Origin: an uncultured Candidatus Saccharibacteria bacterium
GTDB taxonomy: Bacteria; Patescibacteriota; Minisyncoccia; Phycocordibacterales; UBA918
Reading direction: 5' to 3'
Assembly: GCA_964643955.1 (NCBI GenBank)
Contig: CAZXUO010000005.1
Location: 95-64,094 of the forward strand
Length of the DNA stretch: 64,000 nucleotides
A model generated the notes under the pieces. It was not told the origin of the DNA. It ran no database searches and worked only from the letters and a program-made list of their open reading frames with translations. Both the position numbers and the translations under genes were made by a program. Of this stretch, positions 38,185 through 47,872 are shown piece after piece (the stretch's first letter is position 1; the number at the start of each line of letters is the position of its first letter).

Positions 38185-38529
38185 TTACTTCACTTTAGCA
38201 ACAATGCGTGAAAATGCTTCGGGACGGTCCTTTGCAACAGTGGCGAGCACTTTGCGATCGAGGGAGATTGACGCACCCTTGAGAGCCTTGATGAAGGCGC
38301 TGTAGCTCATACCATGCGCGCGGATTGCGGCATTGATGCGGGCGATCCAGAGCTGACGGAAGTCATTCTTTTTGTCGCGGCGGTGTGCAAACGCATGGAG
38401 CTGTGCGTGATAGATCGCATCGCGCGCTGAGCGCTTCTTTGTCGAACGGGCAAAACGATAGCCCTTTACCGCGTCGAGAATGTTTCGACGACGCTTCGAT
38501 GACATCAATGCTCCTTTTACTCGTGACAT
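38185..38529 (-). CDS. rplT: 50S ribosomal protein L20
   Basis: [20 protein letters not shown] and LDRKVLA. Confidence 0.97.
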   Translation of the reverse strand: MSRVKGALMSSKRRRNILDAVKGYRFARSTKKRSARDAIYHAQLHAFAHRRDKKNDFRQLWIARINAAIRAHGMSYSAFIKALKGASISLDRKVLATVAKDRPEAFSRIVAKVK

Positions 38530-38564
38530 ATAATCTGATTAATTACCGTTAGTATTGGAAAATA

Positions 38565-38756
38565 TTACGCACCAGTCCCGGGGAGGAAGCGGCGGGTAAT
38601 GCGCTTTGAAAGCACGAGACCGACTGCCTTTTTCTTTGCGAGGCGTGACTGTCCTGACTGCTTTGCGTTGAAATGGTTTTGACCAGGCTTGCGAGCAAGA
38701 ATCTTGCCGTTCTTGGTAACCTTCAATCGTTTTGTAAATGATTTGTTTGTCTTCAT
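38565..38756 (-). CDS. rpmI: 50S ribosomal protein L35
   Basis: MKTNKSFTKRLKVTKNGK; lies between infC and rplT. Confidence 0.95.
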   Translation of the reverse strand: MKTNKSFTKRLKVTKNGKILARKPGQNHFNAKQSGQSRLAKKKAVGLVLSKRITRRFLPGTGA

Positions 38757-38765
38757 ACGTTGTTG

Positions 38766-39284
38766 CTATTTGGTAGCTGTCCGCTCAATGGTTGTTGAGA
38801 ATCCCTTGGGACTTCGCTTGATGGGATCGGCGATCTTGTATTCGGCAGGGATGAGCTTCAAGAACCGTTCGAGGCGTTCCTTGAGGAAGCCTTCTTCCAT
38901 GTACTTGTAGCGTCCCCAGAGGAAGAGGTCGACCTTCACTCGGTGGCCTTCGCCGAGCCATTCGGCTGCGCGCTTTGCCTTGAGTGCGAGGTCATTTTCT
39001 CCCGTGCCGATCTTGACCTGTACTCCCTTGGTCTCGGTCACATGGGACTTTGCTTTCACCTGCTTCGCTCGCTTGTTGAGCTCGTACTGGTACTTGCCAT
39101 AGTCCATGATCTTCGCGACCGGCGGCTTGGCGTCGGGCGAAATCTCGATGAGATCAAGGCCGGCGTCCGCAGCAAGGCGAAGGGCTTCCTCCAAGGGTAA
39201 GACGCCTACATTGGCGCCATCCGCGCCAATAATACGCAATTCTTTTGCCTTGATGGACTGGTTTATACGTGTGCGATCTCTCAA
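38766..39284 (-). CDS. infC: Translation initiation factor IF-3 with non-AUG start (TTG 39284 or in-frame ATA 39293)
   Basis: RINQSI, LDLIEISP, PPVAKIMDYGKY and GHRVKV. Confidence 0.96.
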   Translation of the reverse strand: MRDRTRINQSIKAKELRIIGADGANVGVLPLEEALRLAADAGLDLIEISPDAKPPVAKIMDYGKYQYELNKRAKQVKAKSHVTETKGVQVKIGTGENDLALKAKRAAEWLGEGHRVKVDLFLWGRYKYMEEGFLKERLERFLKLIPAEYKIADPIKRSPKGFSTTIERTATK

Positions 39285-39394
39285 GTTGCTTATGTGGTGA
39301 AATCAGACGGGAATCCAGAGTCGGATTCCCGTGCGGAATACCCGAAGAATGTACCACGCCGCGGGCTATTTCGCAAGGAGGGACAGCCTCATTT

Positions 39395-39838
39395 TTAGCC
39401 TTTCGGTCGGCTTTCGGAGCACTTGGGGCACCGGCAGCCGTACGGCTTGATATGGTCGTTGAAAAAGTCCTTTCCGTAGTTGTAGGTGAGCTCCTCTCCG
39501 GGCTTGATGGCGCGCTGCGCCTTGATATGGACTTTCTGCTCGTCTTCGTCTATTTCGGCGTAGCAGTTGGGACGGCAGGAGTGGTTGATGTAGCGGGCGA
39601 TGTTTTCGCGGCCGACGCCATCGATGTAGAGGTCTTTTTCGACCGTAAAGAGGTACGAGCCGCCGCGGCGGTCTGCTTCTTCTTCATCGATCCGCTCGCC
39701 GGTGTACTCGACGATGTGTTCATCCTTTTTGCGGGGAATGGTGGTGTAGAGTCCGAGACCGGCACTCGACTTTTTTACGAGCACACCGAGTTTCTCCTCA
39801 CGCGCTTTGCGCGCAGCCAACGAATATGTTTTTTTCAC
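39395..39838 (-). CDS. SET-domain lysine methyltransferase with post-SET cysteines
   Basis: GLGLY, VEYTGE, ARYINHSCRPN, GEELTYNY and CRCPKC; probable GTG start. Confidence 0.92.
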   Translation of the reverse strand: MKKTYSLAARKAREEKLGVLVKKSSAGLGLYTTIPRKKDEHIVEYTGERIDEEEADRRGGSYLFTVEKDLYIDGVGRENIARYINHSCRPNCYAEIDEDEQKVHIKAQRAIKPGEELTYNYGKDFFNDHIKPYGCRCPKCSESRPKG

Positions 39839-39917
39839 TGTGTATGTGTAACAAGGAATGGAGGGAAGGGCAAGAGATGGTGCTACAATAAGTGCACATT
39901 TATAAGCACACATATCT

Positions 39918-40625
39918 ATGAAAGGACCACTTACATTAATTTCTGAAGCGTGGGATATCGTCGTTGCACACCGGCAGTTGTTTATCGGCATCTACCTTGT
40001 GCCGGGACTCATCATGCTCTTTTTTGAGATCGTGAATGACCGTATGCGCGATACACCGGACCCACTTTTCATGGGAGGCATGTTTATCGCGATGATTATC
40101 ATGCTCGTCTCGCAGGTACTCATGGCGACTGCGCTCATGTATGCAGCAGCGCACCTTGATACCGACGTAAAAGCTGCATACGCAGAGGCGAAGCGTGTTT
40201 TTTGGCCGATGATCTGGGTGTCGCTTCTCTCGGGCGTCATCATGTTGCTCGGTTTTGTACTCTTCATCATTCCGGGCATCATCTTCTCGGTATGGTTTTT
40301 GTTTGCAAGTTACGTATTGCTTTATGAGGGTACGCGCGGCACTGCAGCGCTCCGAGAGAGTAAGGCGATGGTGAGGGGGAAGTGGTGGGCGGTCTTCGGT
40401 CGCGTCATCGTGCTCGTCTTCTTTAGCTTCGTTGTTGGTATTGCGGTAAGTATCGTCGATTCGATGATTCCGGGCGGCTACGATGTGCCGATCATCTTCT
40501 TCTTCGTGAGCGCCTTCTTGATTCCGGTTGCAACCAACTATCTCTACCTTCTCTACAAAGAAGTGCGTGCACATGCCGATACAGCCGAGACTGAAAAACC
40601 CGCGGAGATTCCGCAGGTTTCGTAG
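39918..40625 (+). CDS. Multi-pass membrane protein (GDPD membrane-domain-like)
   Basis: LFIIPGII..W, AL.ES..MVRG.WW..FGR and LYLLY.E. Confidence 0.75.
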   Translation: MKGPLTLISEAWDIVVAHRQLFIGIYLVPGLIMLFFEIVNDRMRDTPDPLFMGGMFIAMIIMLVSQVLMATALMYAAAHLDTDVKAAYAEAKRVFWPMIWVSLLSGVIMLLGFVLFIIPGIIFSVWFLFASYVLLYEGTRGTAALRESKAMVRGKWWAVFGRVIVLVFFSFVVGIAVSIVDSMIPGGYDVPIIFFFVSAFLIPVATNYLYLLYKEVRAHADTAETEKPAEIPQVS

Positions 40626-40628
40626 TGG

Positions 40629-40979
40629 TTATGCGTTTTTGCCGTCGTACTGGTTTGTGGGGAGTGTGTCCGGATCTACGTTGTCGAGACATCGGACGTT
40701 GATCGCAATCATTTCATTTCCTTCGCCATCGGAACCGCGTCCAAAGGACGCGGTTCCGCACGTTTTGCAGAAGAGGTGGTGAATCTTCTTCTTGTTGAAT
40801 TGGTAGTCAGTGAGATTATCCTCGCCGCTTTCAAGTCGAAAGTGTGCAGGTGTGACAAACGTAAGGAGCCATCCGCGCTTTGCGCAGAGCGAACAGTTGC
40901 ACGAGATCACATTCTCGAGCGTGGTGTCGACTTCGTACTTTACTGCGCCACAATGGCACCCTCCGGTGTATGTATTCAT
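40629..40979 (-). CDS. GFA/CENP-V family protein
   Basis: GGCHCG, CNCSLC and FCKTCG. Confidence 0.92.
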   Translation of the reverse strand: MNTYTGGCHCGAVKYEVDTTLENVISCNCSLCAKRGWLLTFVTPAHFRLESGEDNLTDYQFNKKKIHHLFCKTCGTASFGRGSDGEGNEMIAINVRCLDNVDPDTLPTNQYDGKNA

Positions 40980-41045
40980 GGAGCGATTATATCATTCCTT
41001 TTTCTATGAGCTGCCTCTTGCGGTAATACCCTATATAATGAACGC

Positions 41046-41501
41046 ATGACAACGCAACATTTTTCAATTCACATCGACGCACCGAAAGAGAAAGTTTGGA
41101 ACACCATGCTTGATCAGAACACGTATGGGGAATGGACAACTGCATTTAATGAAGGTGGACGCTTTGAAGGGAGTTGGGATCAGGGTTCCAAGATGCTCTT
41201 TATTGGACCGGACCCTGAGACGGGAAAGGAGGGAGGTATGGTCTCGCGTATCAAAGAGAATAGACTGCATGAGTTCATCTCTATCGAGCACCTCGGCATT
41301 ATGAAAAATGGTGTCGAAGATACGACGAGCGAAGAGGCAAAGAAGTTTGCTCCTGCGTTTGAAAATTACACCTTCACCGAGAAGGATGGCGGCACCGAGG
41401 TGGTGGTAGACATAGACGTTGCTGAGGAGTTTGCCGATTTCTTCAATGAGGCATGGCCGAAGGCACTTCTGAAACTCAAAGAAATTTCTGAAAGAGCGTA
41501 G
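41046..41501 (+). CDS. SRPBCC/AHSA1-like protein
   Basis: IDAPKEKVW...Y.EW, ENYTF and WPKAL..LKE. Confidence 0.88.
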   Translation: MTTQHFSIHIDAPKEKVWNTMLDQNTYGEWTTAFNEGGRFEGSWDQGSKMLFIGPDPETGKEGGMVSRIKENRLHEFISIEHLGIMKNGVEDTTSEEAKKFAPAFENYTFTEKDGGTEVVVDIDVAEEFADFFNEAWPKALLKLKEISERA

Positions 41502-41513
41502 TTAATGTATCTC

Positions 41514-41553
41514 AAACAAAAAACAGCCCGCTTTAGCGGGCTGTTTTTTGTTT
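41514..41553. terminator. Bidirectional terminator
   Basis: AAACAAAAAACAGCCCGCT-TT-AGCGGGCTGTTTTTTGTTT. Confidence 0.85.
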
Positions 41554-41594
41554 ATAGAGTATTCGACTTCTTTTGAAGTCGGTAGATATTGTGG

Positions 41595-42125
41595 TTAATA
41601 GAGTTCAGGTTTAACAAATGGGATGAGAGCGAAAATCATTGCATCTCGATAAAAGTCCTTCCTAGTTATGTTCTCATTTGTGAGAACTCCAATAGTTCCA
41701 CCCTTATGTTTCGAATTAGTTTCGTTGAAGGCAATATCTGTGGCTGTACCTAATTCTTCTCCTCGGTCGATTAGCTCACTGACCTTAGGTGGTAATAAGA
41801 AAGAACCCGTACGTCCAAAGCCTCTTGCGTTTGCTTTTCCAAGTACACACATCCAAGCAAAAGCCCAGTATTCTCCTTCAATTTTTTCTAAACCTCCCTC
41901 AAGACCTACAAAGTAATCTGCGTTTGGATACTCCAATTTACACGCTTCGGCGCGATTGGTAGCACCTTGTTTTGTTTCAGGCTGACCCATTGGTTGGTCG
42001 GACACAAGAGAGGGTGCTGAAAATGTGAGAAATTCAAATTCCTCATTGGGAAATGTTTTTTGGAACGCTTCTTTTGTGGTCTCCAGCTTCACGGGATTAG
42101 CTGAACCAACTATGACTTTTTTCAT
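41595..42125 (-). CDS. yjjX: Inosine/xanthosine triphosphatase
   Basis: VGSANPVK, SDQP, GA.NRA, VGLEGG, G.ELG and GTIGVLT. Confidence 0.9.
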   Translation of the reverse strand: MKKVIVGSANPVKLETTKEAFQKTFPNEEFEFLTFSAPSLVSDQPMGQPETKQGATNRAEACKLEYPNADYFVGLEGGLEKIEGEYWAFAWMCVLGKANARGFGRTGSFLLPPKVSELIDRGEELGTATDIAFNETNSKHKGGTIGVLTNENITRKDFYRDAMIFALIPFVKPELY

Positions 42126-42373
42126 ACAGATAATATACCAAAAGCAGAAAAGCTTACTTTCTTTGAGTAAGTATCTCTGTCGCTCTACGTACTTATATGT
42201 TGTTGGAGCCTGCTACTCGATGTTAGAACCTGTTTGATTAATGGCGGAGTATTAAATTTGGACTACTTCGATTTCTCCGAGTGGCTCGTGCGGCCGTTTG
42301 AGAGGGAACCGGCGAGCGAGATTAGAACCCGCTAGGCGGAGAGCCTGCTTAACCGGAGAGCACCGTTGGGGTG

Positions 42374-42426
42374 TTGACGAGAATAGTGATAGGGCATAGA
42401 ATTATTAACGTCAAGTGTTAATAATT
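42374..42426 (+). promoter_or_regulatory. TA-module promoter with palindromic operator
   Basis: TTGACG-17-TAGAAT overlapped by AATTATTAAC-gtcaagt-GTTAATAATT (42400-42426). Confidence 0.75.
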
Positions 42427-42482
42427 ATTAGAAGCCAAGTAGCTCGCGTGGGGAGGGCAGGCTGGCCAAAGGTTACCTGCCT

Positions 42483-42827
42483 ATGGAAGTACTCATCCAT
42501 AAGAAGTTCTATAAAGGTGAGGGGGAGGATTTCGGGAAGTTCTGCAAGCAAACATACGGAAAACCCATGGGGAAAGTCATTGCGCGAAGGTTAGAACACG
42601 CGAGAGCTGCAAACTGCCTGGCGGATCTTACCGTGCAGGGTTTCCCGGGAAGGTGGCACTGGCTCAGTGGTGATCGTGAGGGGCAAATCAGCGCCGATCT
42701 CGACAGGATGAATCGCCTCATTTTTGAACCGACCATGAGCCCAGCGGAGTATCATGTGGGAGGCATCCTTCACGAAGAGAACATCAAGGAAATTGTTTTG
42801 ATAGAGGTTGTCGACACCCACGACTGA
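42483..42827 (+). CDS. HigB-like (RelE-fold) toxin
   Basis: H.L.GDR.GQ.S.DL...RLIF and terminal EVVDTHD; lies upstream of the antitoxin. Confidence 0.8.
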   Translation: MEVLIHKKFYKGEGEDFGKFCKQTYGKPMGKVIARRLEHARAANCLADLTVQGFPGRWHWLSGDREGQISADLDRMNRLIFEPTMSPAEYHVGGILHEENIKEIVLIEVVDTHD

Positions 42828-42848
42828 TTTTCGTACGGCTAACAAATT

Positions 42849-43979
42849 ATGGAGAAAAAAGACACAATTCAATACGTTCCAACAGAACCGATAGCGCCGG
42901 GAGATACTCTTTTAGAAGTCCTCGAAGAAAGAGGAATGACTCAGCAAGAGTTCGCGACACGTCTTGGACGTCCTTTAAAGACAGTAAACGGGATCGTGAA
43001 AGGGAAAAATGCAATTACTCCTGAGACCGCACTGCAATTTGAGCAAGTGCTCGGTATTCCTGCCCGCTTTTGGAATAATCTTGAGTCTCAGTATCAGGAG
43101 TTAAAGCTAAGAATTGAATCTGAAAAGCAGAACAAGGCCTTAATTCCAGAGAGTAAAAATTATCCCTATCTTGAAATGTCAAAATGGGGCTGGATTCCTG
43201 TAACTCGAGATTCTAGTAAACGAGTGGATAATCTCCTCCGCTATTTTGGCGTTACTAATTTCGAAAATATTGTAGAAGAAATAAAACTACAAGGAGCATT
43301 TAGAATCTCTGATAAGCATCGTTATTCAATGCCAGCGATTGTGTCGTGGGTAAGAAAGGGGACAATTGATGCCGAGTCGATACAGACTGAGTCATTTGAT
43401 GAAAGAAAATTGAAGGAACTTATTCCAATTCTTCGAAAGATGACCCATGTTGATGATCCCAATACACTTCTTCAGCAGTTGAGGGAGGAATTTGCGAAGT
43501 GCGGCATTGCCTTTGTTGTGACGCAAAGTCTAACTAATGCCCCAATAAGTGGCTTGACTAGATGGATCAGTCCGGATAAGGCTCTTATTCAAATGAGTCT
43601 TAGGTGGGCATGGACTGATATATTCTGGTTCACTTTATTCCACGAAGTCGGACACGTCCTGCTTGATAACAAAAAAGACTTCAATATCGATTTAATTAGC
43701 AGAAAGATTGATGGGGACAGAGAGAGTGAGAAAGATAAGTTTGCTGCGGATACCCTTATTCCTCAACAAGAATACGAAAAGTTAGTTGCAAAAATCCACA
43801 GCAACGGAAATCTTGCTGGTATTTACGATTTGGTAAGAAGTTTTGCCAAATACGTCGATATCCATCCAGGAATAGTCGTTGGTCGTCTTCAGCACGACAA
43901 GTTAATGCCGCCAAACATGAACGGATTAAGAATTCGGTTCATGTGGAAGAAGCCACAAATAAAGCAGGAGGAGCTCTAA
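42849..43979 (+). CDS. HigA-family XRE-HTH antitoxin fused to an ImmA/IrrE (DUF955) metallopeptidase domain
   Basis: PGDTLLEVLEERGMTQQEFA, ITPETALQFE, FW.NLE, FWFTLFHEVGH and PGIVVGRLQ. Confidence 0.88.
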   Translation: MEKKDTIQYVPTEPIAPGDTLLEVLEERGMTQQEFATRLGRPLKTVNGIVKGKNAITPETALQFEQVLGIPARFWNNLESQYQELKLRIESEKQNKALIPESKNYPYLEMSKWGWIPVTRDSSKRVDNLLRYFGVTNFENIVEEIKLQGAFRISDKHRYSMPAIVSWVRKGTIDAESIQTESFDERKLKELIPILRKMTHVDDPNTLLQQLREEFAKCGIAFVVTQSLTNAPISGLTRWISPDKALIQMSLRWAWTDIFWFTLFHEVGHVLLDNKKDFNIDLISRKIDGDRESEKDKFAADTLIPQQEYEKLVAKIHSNGNLAGIYDLVRSFAKYVDIHPGIVVGRLQHDKLMPPNMNGLRIRFMWKKPQIKQEEL

Positions 43980-44160
43980 AGATATCCCTGTGGGGGGTAT
44001 TCGTAGATAGAAATTTCAAACTAGTCTCGTCATCTCCTCACCCCGGAGAAATATTAGAACCCGCAGAAAGCCATACACGAAAGGGAATCGATCCTTACAG
44101 GATCAGTACACCTTGTGGAGATTTTCTTTCGCTTCGCTCATAAAATCTGCGCACAAGGTC

Positions 44161-44264
44161 TTCGATTCCCGCACGCAAAGCACGCAGGTGCTTTGCTCAT
44201 CTCCACAAAATGCAAAAACCGCCCATGGGGCGGCCTGCATTTTGTGGAGATGGCGGGAATCGAA
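44161..44264. repeat. Inverted copy of the tmRNA 3' end interrupted by a 25-nt hairpin
   Basis: TTCGATTCCCGC (44161-44172) and CATCTCCACAAAATGCA (44198-44214) are complementary to 44253-44264 and 44236-44252. Confidence 0.8.
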
Positions 44265-44633
44265 CCCGCGTCCGAGAAGATGGATGTAAATGAATCTACA
44301 GCGCGTAGCACATCTTAGTGTTTAAGCATGATGCATCAAAGATGTGCGAAAGCACACCATGCCGAGCTTCAAGAATGTTTCGTGCCTACTGAAACGGGGT
44401 AGGTACGATGAGTTCGAATGATATTACACCGCAGCGCCCATATCGAACATCAGAGCGTGCGACGTCACACCGGCCGTGCGTATTACGCTACAGCGGGCGC
44501 GAAGCTCATACCGCTAAAGTATGGGCTTTTCACAGCAGTTTTTGCATGTGAGTTTTCCGGCTTTGATAGAGGAGTTCCGGACTCCTGCGCTGCACAGAGA
44601 CAACCGCATCAACCGTCGAAGCCGATCATCCCC
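44245..44633 (-). ncRNA. ssrA: tmRNA; predicted tag reading frame AKTAVKSPYFSGMSFAPAVA*
   Basis: 5' GGGGATGA..TTCGAC, 3' GCGGGTTCGATTCCCGCCATCTCCA, tag ORF ending AVA-stop, and smpB nearby. Confidence 0.95.
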
Positions 44634-44856
44634 TGAAAATGCGTGTTACGCATTTTCAGTTGTGCTCACGCAATGTGAGTTTTGAAATGCAGTACAGACA
44701 CTTTCAGTGAACGACCGGACTTGCTAACCAATCGCGAAAGGGTGGGAGAATGCATGCCGACGTGCATACATTCTCCGTGACCTATCGTCGGGAAGCGCAT
44801 ACCTCCCTAAAGAACAAGATGATTTACTTCAAAAAAGAAGAAACCAAATCAAAGAA

Positions 44857-45075
44857 CTAATCTTGAGAATAAATCTCATCGAGTGGTAGAGGATCATCGT
44901 CCTCACCATCCGAATCAAGAGCCCAGATTTCGTCGGGCGCTTCGTCATTGGGATCGAGGTCCCTAATGGCGCGGCGCCTCCTTGGACGAATGGGCATCAC
45001 GATATTCGGGTGGGGGAAATCAGTCGACAATCCTGGTGCAAAACCAAATTCAGGTAACTTTCTATCTCTTGCCAT
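44857..45075 (-). CDS. Small orphan protein (basic middle, acidic tail) between smpB and ssrA
   Basis: SD AAGGAG before the ATG; 72 aa. Confidence 0.5.
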   Translation of the reverse strand: MARDRKLPEFGFAPGLSTDFPHPNIVMPIRPRRRRAIRDLDPNDEAPDEIWALDSDGEDDDPLPLDEIYSQD

Positions 45076-45128
45076 CAATACTTCTCCTTTTTATGGGCTG
45101 GTGTCATATTCCGCCCTTTCGCGATTGG

Positions 45129-45578
45129 TTATTTTTGATTTTTCAAGGTGCGTTCGATGGTGCGCTTTGTCTCGCGGGCCTTTATGGTCTCGCGCTTGTC
45201 CGTCTTCTTCTTACCACGCGCAATCGCGAGAGAAAGTTTCACCAACCTTCCTTTATTATACATCATTAAAGGCACTATTGTCAAACCACGTTGGCTGCTT
45301 TTTTGTTCGATCTGAGCAATTTCTTTTTGTGAAAGGAGGAGACGACGCACACGTTCTGATTCGTATCCTTTGGGAACATTGGCGGGTTGGTGTGGGGGGA
45401 TTGAGGCACCGACGAGATACGCTTCGCCACCGCGCACAATGACGTGCGCGCCTTCGAGTTTACCTTTTCCGGCGCGGATTGACTTCACTTCGCTGCCGAG
45501 GAGCTCGAGACCTGCTTCGTAGGTGTCGAGAATCTCGTAGTCGAACTTCGCGCGGGTGTGGTTGATGAGCGCTTTCAT
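45129..45578 (-). CDS. smpB: SsrA-binding protein
   Basis: YEAGLELLGSEVKSIR, RRLLL, GLTIVPL and ARGKKKTDKRETIK. Confidence 0.97.
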   Translation of the reverse strand: MKALINHTRAKFDYEILDTYEAGLELLGSEVKSIRAGKGKLEGAHVIVRGGEAYLVGASIPPHQPANVPKGYESERVRRLLLSQKEIAQIEQKSSQRGLTIVPLMMYNKGRLVKLSLAIARGKKKTDKRETIKARETKRTIERTLKNQK

Positions 45579-45661
45579 GCGTAGAGCATACCACGTAAGG
45601 AGAGGGTGGGAAGCCTCGCGAACACTCGCGTAGAAGCCATATTTCTGTATAATGACCCTCT

Positions 45662-47725
45662 ATGAATGACACATCACGCGACGAGCGGAATGACACTCCT
45701 TCTGAAGAGAAAAAGGACAAAAAAGAGGAGCAGATCCGCATACAAAAATTGCCAAAAAAGCGCGCTGGAAAAGGCGGGATAGGTTCACATATGCCAAAAG
45801 TGGGGCCGGGGAATTTCTGGAACAACATCCTCTCGGTGCTCCTCGTGCTTCTCATTATCACGACGCTCTACTCATATGTTGCTGATCGTACCGAGAAGCC
45901 TGAAGAGATTTCAGTCTCACAGATTGCTGATCAGCTAAAAAAAGATGAGATCAAGTCGATCATCGTGAAGGGAAGTACGCTCGAGGTGACGTACCGCGAT
46001 GAAGCGCGTACTCCTGCTGAAGCAAAGAAAGAAAATGATGCAGCGGTGACGGAGACGCTCACGAGCCTTGGTGTATCCGCTGAGCAACTTTCAAAGGTGA
46101 CGATTGATATTCAAAATGAAAGCGGATTCCGTTTTTGGTTCCTTTCACTCGCACCGTTTTTGTTCCCACTTCTTTTGCTCGGTATACTCGCATGGTTTTT
46201 CTTGCGACAGATGCGCGGAGCAGGAATGCAGGCACTCAACTTCGGTTCTTCAAAAGCACGCATCATTGATCCAAACGACACCAACCAGCGCGTGACCTTT
46301 GATGATGTTGCGGGTGCGAAAGAAGCAAAGGAAGAATTGAAAGAGATTGTCGACTTCCTGCGCAATCCAAAAAAGTTTCTTGATATTGGTGCGCAGATTC
46401 CAAAAGGTGCGCTCTTGATGGGTGCACCGGGTACGGGAAAGACATTGCTCGCGCGTGCAGTTGCGGGTGAGGCAGGCGTGCCGTTCTTTACGATCTCGGG
46501 TTCTGAATTTGTTGAGATGTTTGTCGGCGTCGGCGCATCGCGTGTACGTGATCTTTTCCAGATGGCGAAGAAAGCCGCGCCCGCGATTATTTTCGTAGAT
46601 GAGATCGACGCGGTGGGGCGCGTGCGCGGCACGGGCGTTGGCGGCGGCAATGATGAACGCGAACAAACACTCAACCAGATTCTTGTTGAGATGGATGGAT
46701 TTGAACCAAATGAAAAAGTAATCGTGATGGCGGCAACTAACCGTCCTGATGTGCTCGATCCCGCATTGCTCCGTCCCGGACGTTTCGATCGTCGCGTGAC
46801 GATTGATCTTCCTGATCGCGAAGATCGCATCGCGATTCTCACCGTGCACGCGCGTAAGAAGCCGCTCGCTGAAGATGTTGATCTCACCGTGATCGCGCAG
46901 CGCACACCGGGATTCTCCGGAGCTGATCTCTACTCGCTCATGAATGAAGGCGCAATTCTTGCAGCGCGCGAAGAACGAAAAAAAGTTTCACAGTTTGATC
47001 TCATTCGCTCCATCGAAAAAGTAATGCTCGGTCCTGAGCGCAAGAGTCACGTGCTCTCAAAGAAAGAGCGCGAGGTGACGGCGTATCACGAAGCAGGACA
47101 CGCGCTCGTCTCGTCGGTACTTCCGTATGCAGATCCGGTGCAGAAAATTTCGATCATCTCACGTGGACGTGCGGCAGGCTACACACTCAAGCTTCCTGAT
47201 CAGGATCGCAAGATGCAATCGCGCAAAGAATTTCTCGACGACATCGCCGCGACACTCGGCGGATACGTCGCAGAAGAAATGGTTTTTGATGATCTCACGA
47301 CCGGTCCATCAAATGATTTGCAAGTCATCGCTGGACTTGCGCGCGACATGGTGACGAAGTACGGCATGTCAGATGCATTTGGTCCGATTGCACTTGAAGG
47401 TACGGGAGGTCGCTTGATCGGCGGGGGATTGAGTGAAGATCGTGGCTTCTCAAACGAAGTTGCGCGCACGATTGATTCAGAAGTGAAGCGTATCGTTGAC
47501 GACGCTCGCGCTCGCGCAAAAGATATTTTGACGCAGTATCGCAAAGGACTCGATGCGGTCTCAAAGCGCTTGATCGCGGTGGAGACACTCGAGCGTGAAG
47601 AGTATGAAGCAATCTTGAAGGCAGAAGGCGTACCGATTCGCGATCACTATCGCGAGCTCGAGGAGGCGCTCCCCAAGGGAGATCCGACAAAAGTGCTTGG
47701 GCCTGACACCGACACACGCGCATAG
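45662..47725 (+). CDS. ftsH: ATP-dependent zinc metalloprotease FtsH
   Basis: Two TMs, [24 protein letters not shown] and HEAGH. Confidence 0.98.
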   Translation: MNDTSRDERNDTPSEEKKDKKEEQIRIQKLPKKRAGKGGIGSHMPKVGPGNFWNNILSVLLVLLIITTLYSYVADRTEKPEEISVSQIADQLKKDEIKSIIVKGSTLEVTYRDEARTPAEAKKENDAAVTETLTSLGVSAEQLSKVTIDIQNESGFRFWFLSLAPFLFPLLLLGILAWFFLRQMRGAGMQALNFGSSKARIIDPNDTNQRVTFDDVAGAKEAKEELKEIVDFLRNPKKFLDIGAQIPKGALLMGAPGTGKTLLARAVAGEAGVPFFTISGSEFVEMFVGVGASRVRDLFQMAKKAAPAIIFVDEIDAVGRVRGTGVGGGNDEREQTLNQILVEMDGFEPNEKVIVMAATNRPDVLDPALLRPGRFDRRVTIDLPDREDRIAILTVHARKKPLAEDVDLTVIAQRTPGFSGADLYSLMNEGAILAAREERKKVSQFDLIRSIEKVMLGPERKSHVLSKKEREVTAYHEAGHALVSSVLPYADPVQKISIISRGRAAGYTLKLPDQDRKMQSRKEFLDDIAATLGGYVAEEMVFDDLTTGPSNDLQVIAGLARDMVTKYGMSDAFGPIALEGTGGRLIGGGLSEDRGFSNEVARTIDSEVKRIVDDARARAKDILTQYRKGLDAVSKRLIAVETLEREEYEAILKAEGVPIRDHYRELEEALPKGDPTKVLGPDTDTRA

Positions 47726-47872
47726 TTGTCCACAGAGAGGTTCTTGTAGGAGTGTCTACAGGGATTACAATCAAAATATTGGAGGCCGGACTCACGTCCG
47801 GTCTTTCTCTTTTTTACGAGAGCAGAGGCCGGATCCGGATCGAAGTATTATTCATCCGCATTTATATCCACT

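Noticed and set aside
42200-42380. Possible integron attC site upstream of the TA module (GCTTAAC)
   Set aside because: No matching GTTRRRY at a suitable distance and no integron integrase.
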